Positions 43,012-56,712 are shown, numbered from the stretch's first letter. The stretch: DNA of 64,000 nucleotides from Octopus vulgaris (GCA_951406725.2 OX597814.1:12958001-13022000), one strand, 5' to 3'. Notes: a model not told the origin generated them from the letters alone. A program made the numbers and translations.

Positions 43012-43566
43012 TGCCCTGATGCAGTACCAGGCAGTGGCTCTCATGGCTTCTGATCTTAACTGATTGGAAGTGTTATCATGTACATTGTTTTGTCTTGGTA
43101 TAAAAGATGGGCTACAGCAAATATTCTGCTCAATACCACAGATTTGCTTGTCAGTTGTTTGACCTTAACCAGTTGAGCATGTCCCTTAGTGGCTGACGAT
43201 ATGTGCATCTCTGATCACGAGCAGAAGTAGTGGGGGAGCATCATAGCCATGTGTTGAGAGGGATTCTTTGGGGTTTGAATAATTCACCTCTGGAAACATG
43301 GGTGGTTCTTTCAACATCCTTAAACAACCCTTATTCAGGGACCGTTTGAGCGGGATGGGCTACTCAACCTGAAGAAAATTCTAACTGGGCCCCACCTGCA
43401 AGGTCATGTGCTGTTTATCTTGATATGAGATCACCATGTCGCGCACATATGATTGTGATGCATGTGCCTGGTGTACCTTTATCAGACGGGTAGTCATGAT
43501 GGGTATACTGGGCTTCGTATATTTTACCCCAGTGTCACTTTGATGGCATGAACTGCTCTCTCACTC
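43011..43566 (+). mobile_element. Second copy of the (AAT)n-inserted retroelement 3' segment
   Basis: Near-identical to 30333-30841, ~47 nt longer at the 5' end. Confidence 0.85.
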
Positions 43567-43621
43567 AATAATAATAATAAAAATAATAATAATAATGTAT
43601 TATATATATATGTATAAATAT

Positions 43622-43835
43622 ATAGGGAAAATTTACGCAAAAAACAAAAGGCGAAGACAGGTGGTGTACAAAACAAACAGATGTATTAGTATTACGCTCA
43701 GGAATAGAAAAAAGTATTTTACGTTTCGAGCCTACGCTCTTCTACATAAAGGAACACAGAAAAAACAAGGAGAGAAACAAGGAGAGAAAAAAGAGAAAAA
43801 CAATGTGTGTAGTGGCTAACGATCTATCATGGCGT
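43622..43835 (-). mobile_element. Short element between (TA)-rich tracts with a variant hammerhead-like motif
   Basis: Minus strand TTT-ATGTAGA-A-GAGC gtag GCTC-GAAAC-GTA-AAA at 43750-43717. Confidence 0.55.
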
Positions 43836-43837
43836 CA

Positions 43838-43897
<60 letters not shown>

Positions 43898-43984
43898 GTG
43901 TTTGTGCATGTGCGAGCAAGTGTCCGTGTATGGACGTATGTATGTATTATATGTGCATGTATATATATATATATATATATATTA

Positions 43985-44282
43985 CGTGGTCACGTGACTG
44001 ACCACACTAACGGATATTGTTGTACATCGATGGTTAAATGCGCTTCGCATCATTTTCGCCTTTCAATGACGATACCTACTAGATAGGTGAGCAGGCCGAC
44101 AATCTCCATGATACGAAGGCTAGTACATCGTAAGTTACATTTTTATAGTTGGATGGACTGAGAAAACGTGGAAGGAAGAGTTTTGCTCAAGAACATAAAT
44201 CGTAGCCGGTCTGGTGATCGAAACCAGAATCTCACGATCTTGTGTTTAACACTCCCAATAACTAGACAACGAACCTTCGCAC
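43985..44282 (-). mobile_element. Degenerate tRNA-headed (CORE-like) SINE
   Basis: Minus strand GAAGGTTCGTTGTCTAGTT...GGTTTCGATCACC...TTCTTGAGCAAAACTCTT. Confidence 0.6.
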
Positions 44283-44574
44283 ATGCACACACATACGCAC
44301 ACACACACTCACTTACACACAGAAACAAATACACTCACACGCACACATATGTAAATACATTTGTTTTTGTGTTCGCATGATTATAAATCAGACAATTAAG
44401 CTTTCTACCATGTTATTAAAGTATTTTCTAATATTCGAGAGGGCTTTTTTAATTTCAATTTTAGAACTTTAGCAATATTCACAAGTTGTCAATTTCCCAT
44501 TTAATATAATTTAAAACCAAATGCCATTATATTATATTCTATTATATTATATTTTTATATATATGTATACATAC

Positions 44575-44652
<78 letters not shown>

Positions 44653-45044
44653 CCAGGAAATGATGGCGTTGTGTTAACCACACGTGGAAAAATGATAGGA
44701 GAGGGAAAATCATAATAAGGCAGAATACTTTCATTTCAGCATTCTGCCTTATTATAATTTTTTCTCTCCTATATATATATATATATATATATATGTATCT
44801 ATGTATCTATGTATATATGTATAAGCAAAAACATTCGAAAGTTTACATTTGAAATAAGATGTTACTATTGTTAATACAATCTATGGCATATATTTTTAAT
44901 TGATAATATTAACAGCAGTAACATAGGCGGTTCACAGCTTTAATAACATCATAAGCTATAAAATATTAAATTATCACGAAGCCTTAAGGATGCAGTGAGC
45001 ATCAACCTATTTAGAGATGAAAGCTAAATCTCAATTCAACAGCC

Positions 45045-45370
45045 AGAAGGCACCAAAATGATAGAGAATAACAGAATACGAGGAAAGGTACAAAGAATTA
45101 AAAAGCATAAAGATTATATACCATGCTCATGGTTTGAAGTGTTGGCCCGAGGGCACCGACCTCACTCAGTTTGATTTACAGGCGCAAAACAAGCCAGAGC
45201 GCTAATGGATTCATTTATAACATGGCGGATTTGGAATTTCTTGCCCAGGAACTCATAATGAGGAAGTTTGAGGTCTCGGGCGAACACACGAAACCATGGT
45301 ATATGTATGCTTTTTAATTCTTTGTCCGTTTTCTCGCATACAGTTATTTTCCATTATTTTGATGCTTTTA
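45045..45370. mobile_element. Fold-back element with hammerhead remnants in both arms
   Basis: 45045-45175 is inverted relative to 45255-45370; GAAACCATGGTA at 45290-45301. Confidence 0.55.
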
Positions 45371-45397
45371 TGCTCTCTCCATCTTAAGGCTTCGTGC

Positions 45398-45530
<133 letters not shown>

Positions 45531-46446
45531 GCAAGTGTGTGTGTAAACTCGATGGGATAAAATATTCATGTTTACCTTTAATGTGTGTCATTAGATCAAG
45601 AAGAAAATATTATTTGGCGATGAGATTTGTATTTCATCGTGCTTTGTAGATATTAATTTAAAAGGGGGTGTATTCTCTTTAAAAGAAATATGTTAACTAA
45701 TTTGCACTGATTTATACAAGCAGGTGCTGTGTTAAAAGTCTTGAAGCAAGTAGTTCTGAATTAGAATATATTTTAATATTTATGTTAATCGTTTCCCTTT
45801 CAGTTGTATATTGAATTATATTTAAGGATATGTGAATACAATTTAAGAGAAAATGTAAAAAGTCGTGTAATTAGTATAGATTCTAAATAAAGAAACACAT
45901 TATATTACATAATTTTGCTTTAGTAGTGTTATGGATCACTGGACTTCTTAAACGAAAATTAATCACACTGAGTTTTACAAAATGAATATAAGATAAATTT
46001 CAAATGAAATGTCTGTCAAATATAGTGTATGGTATACTTAAATGAGACACCTGACGTAAATGTTGCAACGTAACTTATGTTTACTATTTAGCTTGCTTCT
46101 TAACGGTCAGTTCTATAGAATATATTCAATGGAAAGGTTTCAGATATGGCAAGTAATTCAGAAGAGGATTTTGCAGTACATCTATGTAATTGCTGCAGTT
46201 TCTGCGATGTGCTATGTATATCCAATGTTTATTTCAGTTAAACCTTCGAACTATTATCTCTTTTATGATTAAAGGCTTCAACATTTGCTGCTACAAATGT
46301 GTAAATATGGGCGTATGTGTGAATATTCTTGTGTGCGTGTGTGAATGTGTGTCTATGTATGGGAAGGTGTGAGAATGCAAGTTTTACTTGTCTACATATT
46401 TGGATAAGAGTTTGATAATTATGATATTTTTTTATTAAAGACTCAG

Positions 46447-47445
46447 AAGGCGCTGAGCTGGCAGTAACGTTAGCACGCCGGGCGAAATGCGTAGTCGTAT
46501 TTTTTCTGTCGTTATGTTCTGAGTTCAAATTCCGCCAAGGTCGACTTTGCCTTTCATCCTTTCAGTTGTCGATTAAATAAGTATCAGTTACGCACTGGAG
46601 TCGATATAATCGGCTTAATCCGTTTCTGTGTCCTTGTTTGTCCTCTCTGTGTTTAGCCCCTTGTGGGTAGTAAAGAAGTAGGTATTTCGTCTGTCTTTAC
46701 GTTCTGGGTTCAAATTCCGCTGATGTCGACTTTGTCTTTCTTCGATTAAATAAGTATCAATTACACACTGGGACCGATGTAATCAACTTAATCCCCTTGT
46801 TTTCCCCCCTCTATGTTTAGCTCCCTGTGGCCAATAAAGAAATAAGTATTATTATTAAAAATTCAATTGGCGGTGAGATGGTAGAAATGCTAGCACTTCG
46901 AGCGAAATGTTTAGCAGTATTTTGTCTGTCTTTACTTTCTGAGTTCAAATTCCGCCAAATTCGACTTTAATTTTCATCCTTTCTAGGTCGCTACGTTAAG
47001 TACCAGTTGCATACTAGGGTCTATGTAATCGACTGGCCACCCTCACCCAAAATTTCGGGCCTTGTGCCTAAAGTAGTAAACAATATTTTATTTACATTCT
47101 GAGTTCATATTCCGCTGAAGTCCACTTTGCCTTTCATCCTTTCGCGGTCGAGAAATTAAGTACTAGTTACATACTGGTGTCGATCATATCGACTGGCATC
47201 CTCCCCAAAAGTTTCGAGCATTGTGCCTAGAGTAGAAAAGAATATTTCTAAGGCGGCGAGCCGGCAGAAACGGTAGCACGCCGGACGAAATGCTTATCAG
47301 TATTTCGTCAGTCTTTACGTTCTGAGTTCAAATTCCGCCAAGGTAATATTTACCTTTCATCCTTTCGAGGTCGATAAATTAAGTACATTTTGCGTAGTTG
47401 GGTTAGATCTAATCGACTGGCTCCTCTCACAAAATTCGGGCCTTA
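46447..47445 (+). mobile_element. Head-to-tail cluster of five SINE family B units
   Basis: Five recurrences of TTCTG(A/G)GTTCA(A/T)ATTCCGC near 46517, 46702, 46937, 47097 and 47321; two tail types. Confidence 0.9.
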
Positions 47446-47479
47446 AACGTCTCTGGAGATGTAAAAGCGTCTCTGGAGA

Positions 47480-47995
47480 TGTTGAGTGATTTGGAAGGTC
47501 TTCCACATGCATCAGTCCCGGAAATGTGGCATTGTACATCGCGAATTCGTCTCCCTGGGCCAGGCAGTCAATCGAAAGTTCTACTACAGCATTTTGGAAC
47601 GCATGAGTGAGGTCATTCGCTGAAAGCGACCGGATCTCTGAAGCGCGAAGAATTGGATCCATAACGACGACAATGCACCTTGTTACCGATATAAAACAAT
47701 ATATTATCGCTTCTGTACCCGCCCTATTCGCCAGATTTGGCACCTGTGGACTTCCATCTCTTCCCTAAAATGAAAATGCTGCTGAGAGATCGAAATCCAA
47801 AGCGGATTACAGATCCTCCACTTGCTTACGGAAAAGGATTTGCAGGCTTGATTCCAAAAGTGACAGAAACGCTAGCTCCAGTGTATTTCTGCGCAAGATG
47901 GCTATTTCGAAGGAGGTGATGTTAAAACTTTTTTTTTTCATTAAAGTTATTAAAGCTTTTTTTTTTTTATTAAAAATAACTTTTCCGGGAACCAT
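47480..47995 (+). mobile_element. Mariner transposase 3' fragment (different subfamily)
   Basis: PGQAVNRKFYYSIL, KRPDL, DNAPC and PYSPDLAPVDFHLFPKMK. Confidence 0.85.
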
Positions 47996-48299
47996 AATCT
48001 GATAACTAAATTGAAATTGGAATTGAAGGGATTTAATCTAATATGCTGACAAAGAAACCTCATCAGGTTTAATATCCAACTTGTCTGATAAAAGCTGAAA
48101 TATTCCATATCAGCAATCACGTATTTTTGATTTGTGTCTCCTTTGTCCGATTATTCTTGTTTATGTTATTTTCTACTGCTTTTTATGAAATGTAATCTCC
48201 ACAATTTTGTTTTATATTTTTTCTTTTCTAATTTGCATGGGTTGTTCTACCAATGAAACGTTTTGGTGTTTCATCTGCTTTTATGATATGTACACAACA

Positions 48300-49500
48300 T
48301 ATTTATGATGCCTTTTGAACATTCTCTTCATTTTCAGTTTAGCTCAATAAACGTTGATTGGTTAACTTTTCTTTTCAGTAAATACATAGTATTCTTTCAA
48401 AATGCCAAACTTGAGAGCTATTTCTTTTCAGATGCCTAGCATTCGGATCAATACTTTGCTTTTGGGAATATCAAAGTTTGCATCAATTTGAACTTATTGA
48501 TAGCTTTTCCAAATGTGCTACATAGAGATAACAGATTGTACTTTTGAAATCCCTAATTTTATCTCTTTGCTGTTATTATATTGATTCACAACTTCACACC
48601 GATTGAATATGAACTATTAAAACATTATCTTGAGCATTTGTTTAGGAGAAAATGATTGATTTAGTTGTGTCAAAATTAATGAATAAGTCACGTTTTCACT
48701 TTTCTCTTCAATTTCTTCATCAAAATTCGCAAATCCTCTTAGCGAATAACAGTTAGAAGAGGTCATGATCATAACTCAAATTGCGGCCTTTGATTCACCG
48801 ATTTTAACTGGAAAGCTACATTTGCATAGTAGAAGAAATTTATATTTATCCCTCATATTTGCCCACAGAGTGCAGTACCGTAATTTTCCGCACACAGCTT
48901 GAAACCTTCCCGGTAAGATTTCTTTAAATTTTCCCCAGAATTCCCTGCTGTAATCTTTGTTCCAAGGCTTTTGCTCTTTTTCCTAACATTTTTCACAACA
49001 TATTTATTTTTTATATTTCAGATACTGGAGATAGATTTCTCTTTCAGCATCACAATCTTTACTTCGATCATATTTATTACATACTAGTTATTTAACATTT
49101 CTTATAAGATGTAACTCTATTCCTTTTATCTGATAAACAAACGCACAAAATATACGCCCACATAGATGGATAAATTGATTGATATTTTCTTTCAAAGCGC
49201 ACATTGCCTTCATTGTCTTTGATGACATAATTTCTTGGGGCAAATGTAATTGTTGTTTGCTTCAATGCTTTTAGTAGCTCTTTAGTAGTTTTTGAAGTTG
49301 AATTATTTTTCAACTTCACAAAATTTGTTGATGTTTTTCTTACTTGCATTTTCATATGTTTGTGAAGATTATGACAAAGATATTCATATTTTCTTTACCT
49401 TTTCATATTATACACTTGCTTTGCATACCTGTTTTTCTTTTATTATTATGTATTATTGCAGCTGATATTCATAATAATAAATGTTTGGTTTTGATAATAT
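48300..49500 (-). mobile_element. Very decayed LINE (RTE-like) remnant
   Basis: TKELLKALKQTTITFAPRNYVIKDNEGNVRFE resembles the RTE EN-RT linker; the rest is poorly readable. Confidence 0.35.
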
Positions 49501-51825
49501 AGATCCTGCTATTTGCAAAAGTTCATTTTTCCTTCATTTCGCGTTGTGTTAGTTGTTTATTGTTCACTAAGTAAATGCGGTTCAAATAGATTTTCTTTTA
49601 TTTGTGAATTATGTGCATTTCTATAGAATGAGCGAGAACCCCATATCTCAAAGGGAAATGAAGAAAGGTTTCCCATCTGAAGATGGATGAGGTTTACAAG
49701 AAGAAAATGCGAAAGGGTATAAAAATTATAATACAAAGCGTAAATGTAAATATCTGAAGGTGGCTACGATAGATAATTGATATAATATTCATTGTTCAAA
49801 TAATACGGGAAGCAAGATGCAAAATATCGCCGGATAAAAAAACTATTAATTTATACATTTCAATGATTCTAAACAGTCTGCCGTATTTAGTTCTACTGTA
49901 CGCAGAAATATACGCATTTAGATTAAGTGACTCTTGGAAATTTGGAGAAAACCTACTTTAGAAAGAGACAAAACGTCTTTGCCGATGATTTTCATAGCTT
50001 TGTTACTCTATTTCTTATGCGACTGCGAAGATGTATGCCGTGCAATCTATATAGGCAGAAATATGATGGACTGATTCAAGACCTTCTCTGAGCATACTTC
50101 TTTAAATAAACTTGATTAAACAATTTTCATATTTAGCATTTTTCTAGGCAGATACATGGAACATTATATTATTTACTTCATAACAATTGTTCTTTTCATT
50201 AGCGTAGTATATAATGTATGTTCTGTAGTGTTTGTAAATAAAACTACTGATGCAGTCTAATAATACACTACAGAACATACATTATATACAGTAGACATTT
50301 GTCCAGTTCTTACACCTGGGATTGTTCTAATCTCTACTCTCACGCACATTCTAGGCCTTAGGCAAAAAAGCCACGGAATTGATTGGTCAGAAGCCGCTTA
50401 CAACTCGTCTGCAACTCCTCTCCAACTACTGAACCACTGATATGTTTCTTCTGCTTCTACCATTTGACTTGTATCCAGTTTGTTTTATTCATAGTCTACG
50501 CATGTGCTCCTGGTGCACTCCTATATTCTCTTACAAACTGTATTGCTTTATTTTCTTCATCACCCATGTCATACAAAACACTTCCCAGAGCATTAGTAAC
50601 TTAAGTTCTATTCTCTCTATATTTTTATTATTATTATTATCCCAAATTTGAGCTAAGATTTTCTAGAGATGTAATTTTGCTTCAAATAATACTGTCTTAC
50701 AGCCCTTCCTGCTAAAACCGCATCATTTGTACTGGCAGTATTTGTTCTTCTCATGTACAAGAACAAACGAAATGTAGATCTCCTTTGGTGACCTTTGATC
50801 CATTCACACACAATGTCGAAAGAATTTGGATTGTATTATCGGCATAAGAATAATCGATTATATCATATCCAGTACTAGAATGACACTTCAATTCTTGTCC
50901 AATTACATAAGGACGGTAAAATCAACTCAAGAGAGACATTTCTGAAAGTTTTTAGTCCCTTTTCTTCAAATCCTTACATAGTCGATGAAAGGTCATCACA
51001 GATTTTCGGCTGAGTGTATCTTTAGCAAAGCTGCAATAAAGTTTATGGAGTAGTGCACTTATTCACAGAGACACTGGAGTTATTAGTGACACTACTCTAA
51101 TTCATCCGCCTCTCCTCTATGGTGCCGAACCTAAGACACTGCACCAATATTAAGATAAAATGCTTAGTCAGTCTTCTATGTTTTGCCTAAGGAAGACTCC
51201 ACAAATCAAAGAATAGAATTCCGTTTGCAAAAGTTGTAATATGTGCAAATGCATCCAGTATATTTGTTAAGCTCAAGCAAACAAAACTGCTTTGTGGAAG
51301 ACAATTCTTTTTTCTAGAATACCTGTATTTCGACTGCAAATAAAAATCTTCTATTCTCAGCTTGCAAATAGGGGGCTCAGAGTCGCTACATCTCGTAAAA
51401 TGTTTACAGATAAACTGACATCTATGTTTTTTACGTGTTTAGTTCGTAGTAGGGTTAAAACTGTCATATGTTAAGGTTAATGCTAATATCTAGGAGGTTC
51501 ACTTCATTAAGGCGGATTGCAGGTTGACTTCTTTCAGTACCACTATTAGTACCTACCTCAATACAACTCTATTGTTCCTGGAAGTGATGTTTTACCTCCT
51601 GCGAACTTCCTTTGCGCTGAGCAAAATCTGAAGATGGACCAATCTTTTACGGTACTACGTTCTTAGCAGAATATAGCCCAACTAACTAACTAACCAAGCA
51701 ACAGTCCATGTAACTAAGGGTAAAAGTGTATACATATGTGTTGTGCGTGTGTGTGTGTGAGTGTGTGTATGTATATATATATATATATATATATGTTTAT
51801 ATATATATAAATATATATATATATT

Positions 51826-52700
51826 GTGGAAATTGAAAAGGTGGAAAATTTAGAAAAATGTCATACCAGCACGATTAATAAAAGTCATTTCATACATAAA
51901 ACGTGTACACAAAAAGGCGACCCTTTACAGGACGCCTTACATGCTAGGGAGGGCAGCCAAACCCAAACCCCGAGAAAAGTTATTACGAAGAGAATGAGAG
52001 CCACAATTATTTATAGTTAATCCCTCACTCGAATTTCAGTATTAAAGAACAAATAAATTAAGTTGTCTTCATCATTGTACTTAATCATTGGGACCTATAA
52101 TAACTATTTAGTAAAGACGCACCGACATTCCACGTGAGCTGCATACTTATACATTTAGGTAAACTGCAAGCGCAGTCATTTACTCCGCAGCAAATAATAT
52201 AATTAAAAATGCTTATCATGCTTTGAAATTATGAAAATTTTACTGTGGATATTAAAAGGGTAAAACCTTTACAGAAAATTCATACCAGCGACTAGCATGC
52301 GCGATAAAAGTCAATAGACTACATCTTTTCATACATAAAAAGTGTATAGTGTTTATGAGACGAAACAGTCGAACTTTAAAAGGACGCCTTACATACGAGA
52401 GAGGGCAGCCAAACACTAACCACGAAAAAAGTAATTCCTAAGAGAATGTAAATAAAAAAATATTTAATCTCAAAATCAAGTTTAGGCGCGTATTTGCTAC
52501 ATAATTATATCTTGTCTTAGCTGATCCCACTGATGAAGTACAGATGTCAAAATAATTTATTTGTTCATTAATACTCGAGTTTGTGATTAACTGTAAATAA
52601 TTGTTATTTTCGTTCTCTTTCGAATTACTTTCTTCGCGAACTGAGCTTGGCTGCCCTCTCTAACATGTAAGGTATGTAACGCCTTTTTATGTGTATATAC
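51826..52700. repeat. Compound direct plus inverted repeat element between microsatellites
   Basis: The GACGCCTTACAT..GAGGGCAGCCAAAC unit occurs at ~51930 and ~52383 (direct) and inverted at ~52555-52690. Confidence 0.8.
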
Positions 52701-52715
52701 ATACATACATACACA

Positions 52716-52820
<105 letters not shown>

Positions 52821-52828
52821 ATTAATAC

Positions 52829-54017
52829 CATAAGTTCTGACCGACTTTGCCTTTTAAATTGAATGAAATTTAGTAGAATTTTAGAATGTCTAATTGAATT
52901 AAAAATTATTTATAAGCGTACGTGTACATTTAAACAAATTAAATATTATTTTACAGAATAATAAAATAAATTTTCTTTTGATTTAAACTATTTCTAACAT
53001 GGAAGTATCCAAAGAGCATTTGAGGCACATAATGCTTTATGAGTACAAAAAAGGAAACTCTACAGGCGAAGCGACTCGAAACATACACTCAGTTTATGGG
53101 AAAGAAAGCTTGAATGAAAACATCTTGCAGAAGATGCTTTGGAAAATTCAGAATTTCAGATTGCAGCCTTGAACATGACGATCGAACAGAGTGTGCAGCT
53201 GAATGTGATGATAAGCTCCATGAGGCATTACACGAAGAACATCCTGCATTACCAGTTGAAGAATTAGCAATAAAGCTTAGTCCAGATCATACAACTGTTC
53301 ATCGTCATCTTCAACAACTTGGAAAAGTTCCTAAACTTGTAAAATGGGTGCCTCATGAATTGTCCGAAAGCAACCGCAAATCCCGCGTTGACATCTGCTT
53401 TTCTCTCCATTCTCGCAAACTCATTTCAGCGTTTTTGGATAGTCTTGTGACTGGTGACAAAAAATGGATCTTCTAACGAAATGTTAAACGTCGTAAACAG
53501 TGGTAAATGGGAAAATCTCAACCACAACCTAGAAGGGAGCTTCATGGGAAAAAGGTTCTTGTCTCTATCTAGTGTGATTGCAAAAGAGTAATTCACTATG
53601 AATTGTTACCACCTAATGCAACAATCAATGCTCAAGTCTACTGTCAGCAATTAGAGCGTTTTAACCAAGCTTTGAAGAAAACAAAAAGACCCGCTTTAGT
53701 GAATCGATCACTTCACAAAAGATCACTTCACAAAAGATCGAAGAGCGACCTTGCTCCTTCAGACTACCATTTGTTTCGAAGTTTACAGAACCAGTTGGGG
53801 AACTTAAGTTTCGCAAGCCAGGAGGAGTTCGAAACTGACATTTTAGTGTTCTTCGCTCTGAAACCAAAAGAGTTTTACATTGATGGGATTGAAAAGCTTG
53901 TAAATAGATGAAATGAAGTCATAGATAATCAGGGAAAGCACATTGATGATTAACTTTCAGTTAAATATAACATTTGATCACTTGTTTTCTTTATTCGGAC
54001 AGAGCTGATAGGATGAC

Positions 54018-54021
<4 letters not shown>
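52829..54021 (+). mobile_element. Decayed mariner, same family as 35592
   Basis: ATG at 52999 (MEVSKEHLRH), KWVPHEL, VTGDKKWIF, DLAPSDYHLF; right TIR + TA. Confidence 0.95.
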
Positions 54022-54044
<23 letters not shown>

Positions 54045-54048
<4 letters not shown>

Positions 54049-54251
54049 TCTTTTCTACTCTAGGCACAAGGCGCGAATTTTGGGGGGAGGGAGCCACTCG
54101 GTTAGATCGACACCAGTATGCAACTAGTAATTAATTTATCGAACCCGAAAGGGTGAAAGGCAAAGGTGACGTTCGCGAATTTGAACTCAGAACGTAAAGG
54201 CAGACGAAATATCGCTTAGCATTTCATCTGCTGTGCTAACGTTTCTACCAG
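54045..54251 (-). mobile_element. SINE family B
   Basis: Reverse complement of the family B body and tail. Confidence 0.85.
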
Positions 54252-54599
54252 TTTATTGCGTTACATATGTACATATATGTTTACACACACACTCACACAC
54301 AATCTCTCTCTCACACACAATCTCTCTCTCACACACACACACTCACGCACACACATACATACATATATGTATATAGTTACTGTTAAGCATTTTTACTACT
54401 TTCATTACTTACAAAGATTGTCTACTTTACTTGATATATATCTATATATAAATATGTGTGTATATATACATACATACATATATGCATACATACATGTATA
54501 TGTGTATGTATGTGTGTGCATACATATAAGAATATAAACAGACATGACAAAAGCAAACAGATACCCTTTTAAAATTAATTTTTTTTTAAATGTGAAATT

Positions 54600-55560
54600 A
54601 CACATTCAAACAATTCATCAATTGATAAAATGTGAATATTGAATATATATATGCCCTTTTTTCTTTTTTACTTCAAGGACACTATTAGGCATGTTACTGA
54701 TCAGATGGTGAATATTTTCTTGCGGGATTTCTTGGCAAGATCCATGCAGTAATTTAAAAAGATCTGGTTTTGAAGATGCTTTCTTGTTCTCTTTATGAAG
54801 TGTTCTGTCCATTATTTCCCAGGGGTTTCTATTAGGGTTCATATCTGGTTACTTGCGGGGCCAAGAACATTTTTTAATGCCATTCTCATTCAACAAATAT
54901 TGGGTCATTTTAGCTGCGTGACAAGAAACTCCATTTTCCATAAATAAAGTGTATCCTTTAACCATTTCACCACTAGTGAAGATTGAAAATAGTCCTTTCA
55001 GCAAAAATGGACGCATTTGTATCTGAGTTTATGTTTCTATCACACTCCACCAGCTCTGATCAACCGTTGCTCCAAATTGCTCCCCAGACCATCACAAAAT
55101 AGTTGCCATGAAATACAGCAAATCTGAACAGAGAATGCGAGTGTCCCACAATTATAGTGGCCACTCTACAATCTCATTGGCCGAACCTCTTCTCCGCTTG
55201 ATGTTGGCTGGTCGAAGAAGTGGCTTCCTTCTTGCTGCTCGGCTATGGTAACCAAGTTTGTGGAGATAACTGACTGCTGTTCTGGGACTGGAATCAACTT
55301 GCTCTGCTATATCAGAGGGCCCTGGTTGATGAGGGCGAAGTGATGTGGTTCCTTCCCCTTTCTGGTGCATTAACTCTGTAGAAAGTAGGATCCCAAGGTT
55401 TTCTGCGTTTTTATGCTGACTATGTTCACCTTCGAAATGACTCACAATATGGCCTCTTTGAAGTCCAGTCAGTTCCAAGGCTTCTTTTGTACGCGTCATG
55501 ATTAAACAGTCACATATAGAACGTGAGACATAAAAAATATCAATTAATCAAGGACAAACA
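54600..55560 (-). mobile_element. Decayed Tc1-like transposon
   Basis: ELTGLQRGHIV, ARRKPLL, FMENGVSCHAAK and DMNPNRNPW. Confidence 0.85.
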
Positions 55561-55624
55561 TTTACAAATTAGAATAAACATAAAACGATGTTTCATAGGG
55601 TTGGGTATTTACTTCTGTTATGTC

Positions 55625-55691
<67 letters not shown>

Positions 55692-56571
55692 GTATGGTAT
55701 GTATACACTTTCAAACACACACATACAACTCACACACAGCACACACACGCACCCACATGCCCGTTTTTAAAGAATGCTATTGTGCAAAGCCGGATATTGC
55801 GAGGAGTTACAAAATATACTACGAAAGGAATAGAAAACAGAAACATGATGCAGCTGTACCTTGTATATACATACATATATATATATACATACATACATAC
55901 ATACATACATACATACATACATACACATATATATATATATATGCACATTTGTATTTATTTATACGTTTAACAAAAACAAATTATGTTCAATTCCACTAAA
56001 ACTGAATATTGAAAATATTTATCTTCCGATGTGTCTGCGGAAATATTTGGTCTTTCAAAAGTTTTGCGAAATTTAATAACTTTGTAATTGCATGTTTTTC
56101 TTGCATATAAGCCGCATACAATTTCTATGTAAAAATACTCTCTAGAATTTGCGAAACATGAAGAATATTTTCGTTTGAGTAACGCCAATATTCAAATCCG
56201 AATTCTTTATAGATTGAAGAGAGATAAAATGAGGAAATTAAGAACGAAATAAAATGTCATTTATGTTCAAAAGATATTTTCTGGCGACTTTATAAATTAC
56301 ATGACATTTTATAACTCTAAATTTTGGCTTATATAACTTAATATTATTATGTAAAAAATATGGGCAATTAGAATGATTCATGCATGTATGTGCGGGGGGG
56401 TGGTGGTGCACGTGTGTGTGTAATGGTGGTGGTTATCGAATATACTGTAGCTAGTATTCGTTCATCTGAATTACTTGCTCCTGAATTACAAATTGGCTGA
56501 GCATTCCGGAAATACGTCTCGTGTTACATAAGAAAGTCCACAATACGTTCTTATGTAATATCAGCTTGACA

Positions 56572-56712
56572 ATCCGCCGAGGTCGACTTTGCCTTTCATC
56601 CTTTTGTGTTCGATAAATAAAGTACCAGTTGCGTACTGGGGCCGATCTAGTCAATTGGGCCCCCTCCCCACAAATTTCGGGCCTTGTACTTGTACCTAAA
56701 GTAGGAAATAAT
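56572..56712 (+). mobile_element. 5'-truncated SINE family B
   Basis: TCCGCCGAGGTCGACTTTGCC...; flanked by repeated AATATCAGCTTGACA (probable TSD). Confidence 0.88.

Noticed and set aside
46447-47445. CRISPR-like repeat array
   Set aside because: Units are whole SINE bodies without unique spacers; the context is eukaryotic and there are no cas genes.
50290-50760. Possible old LINE 3' remnant on the minus strand
   Set aside because: No diagnostic motif could be read with confidence.
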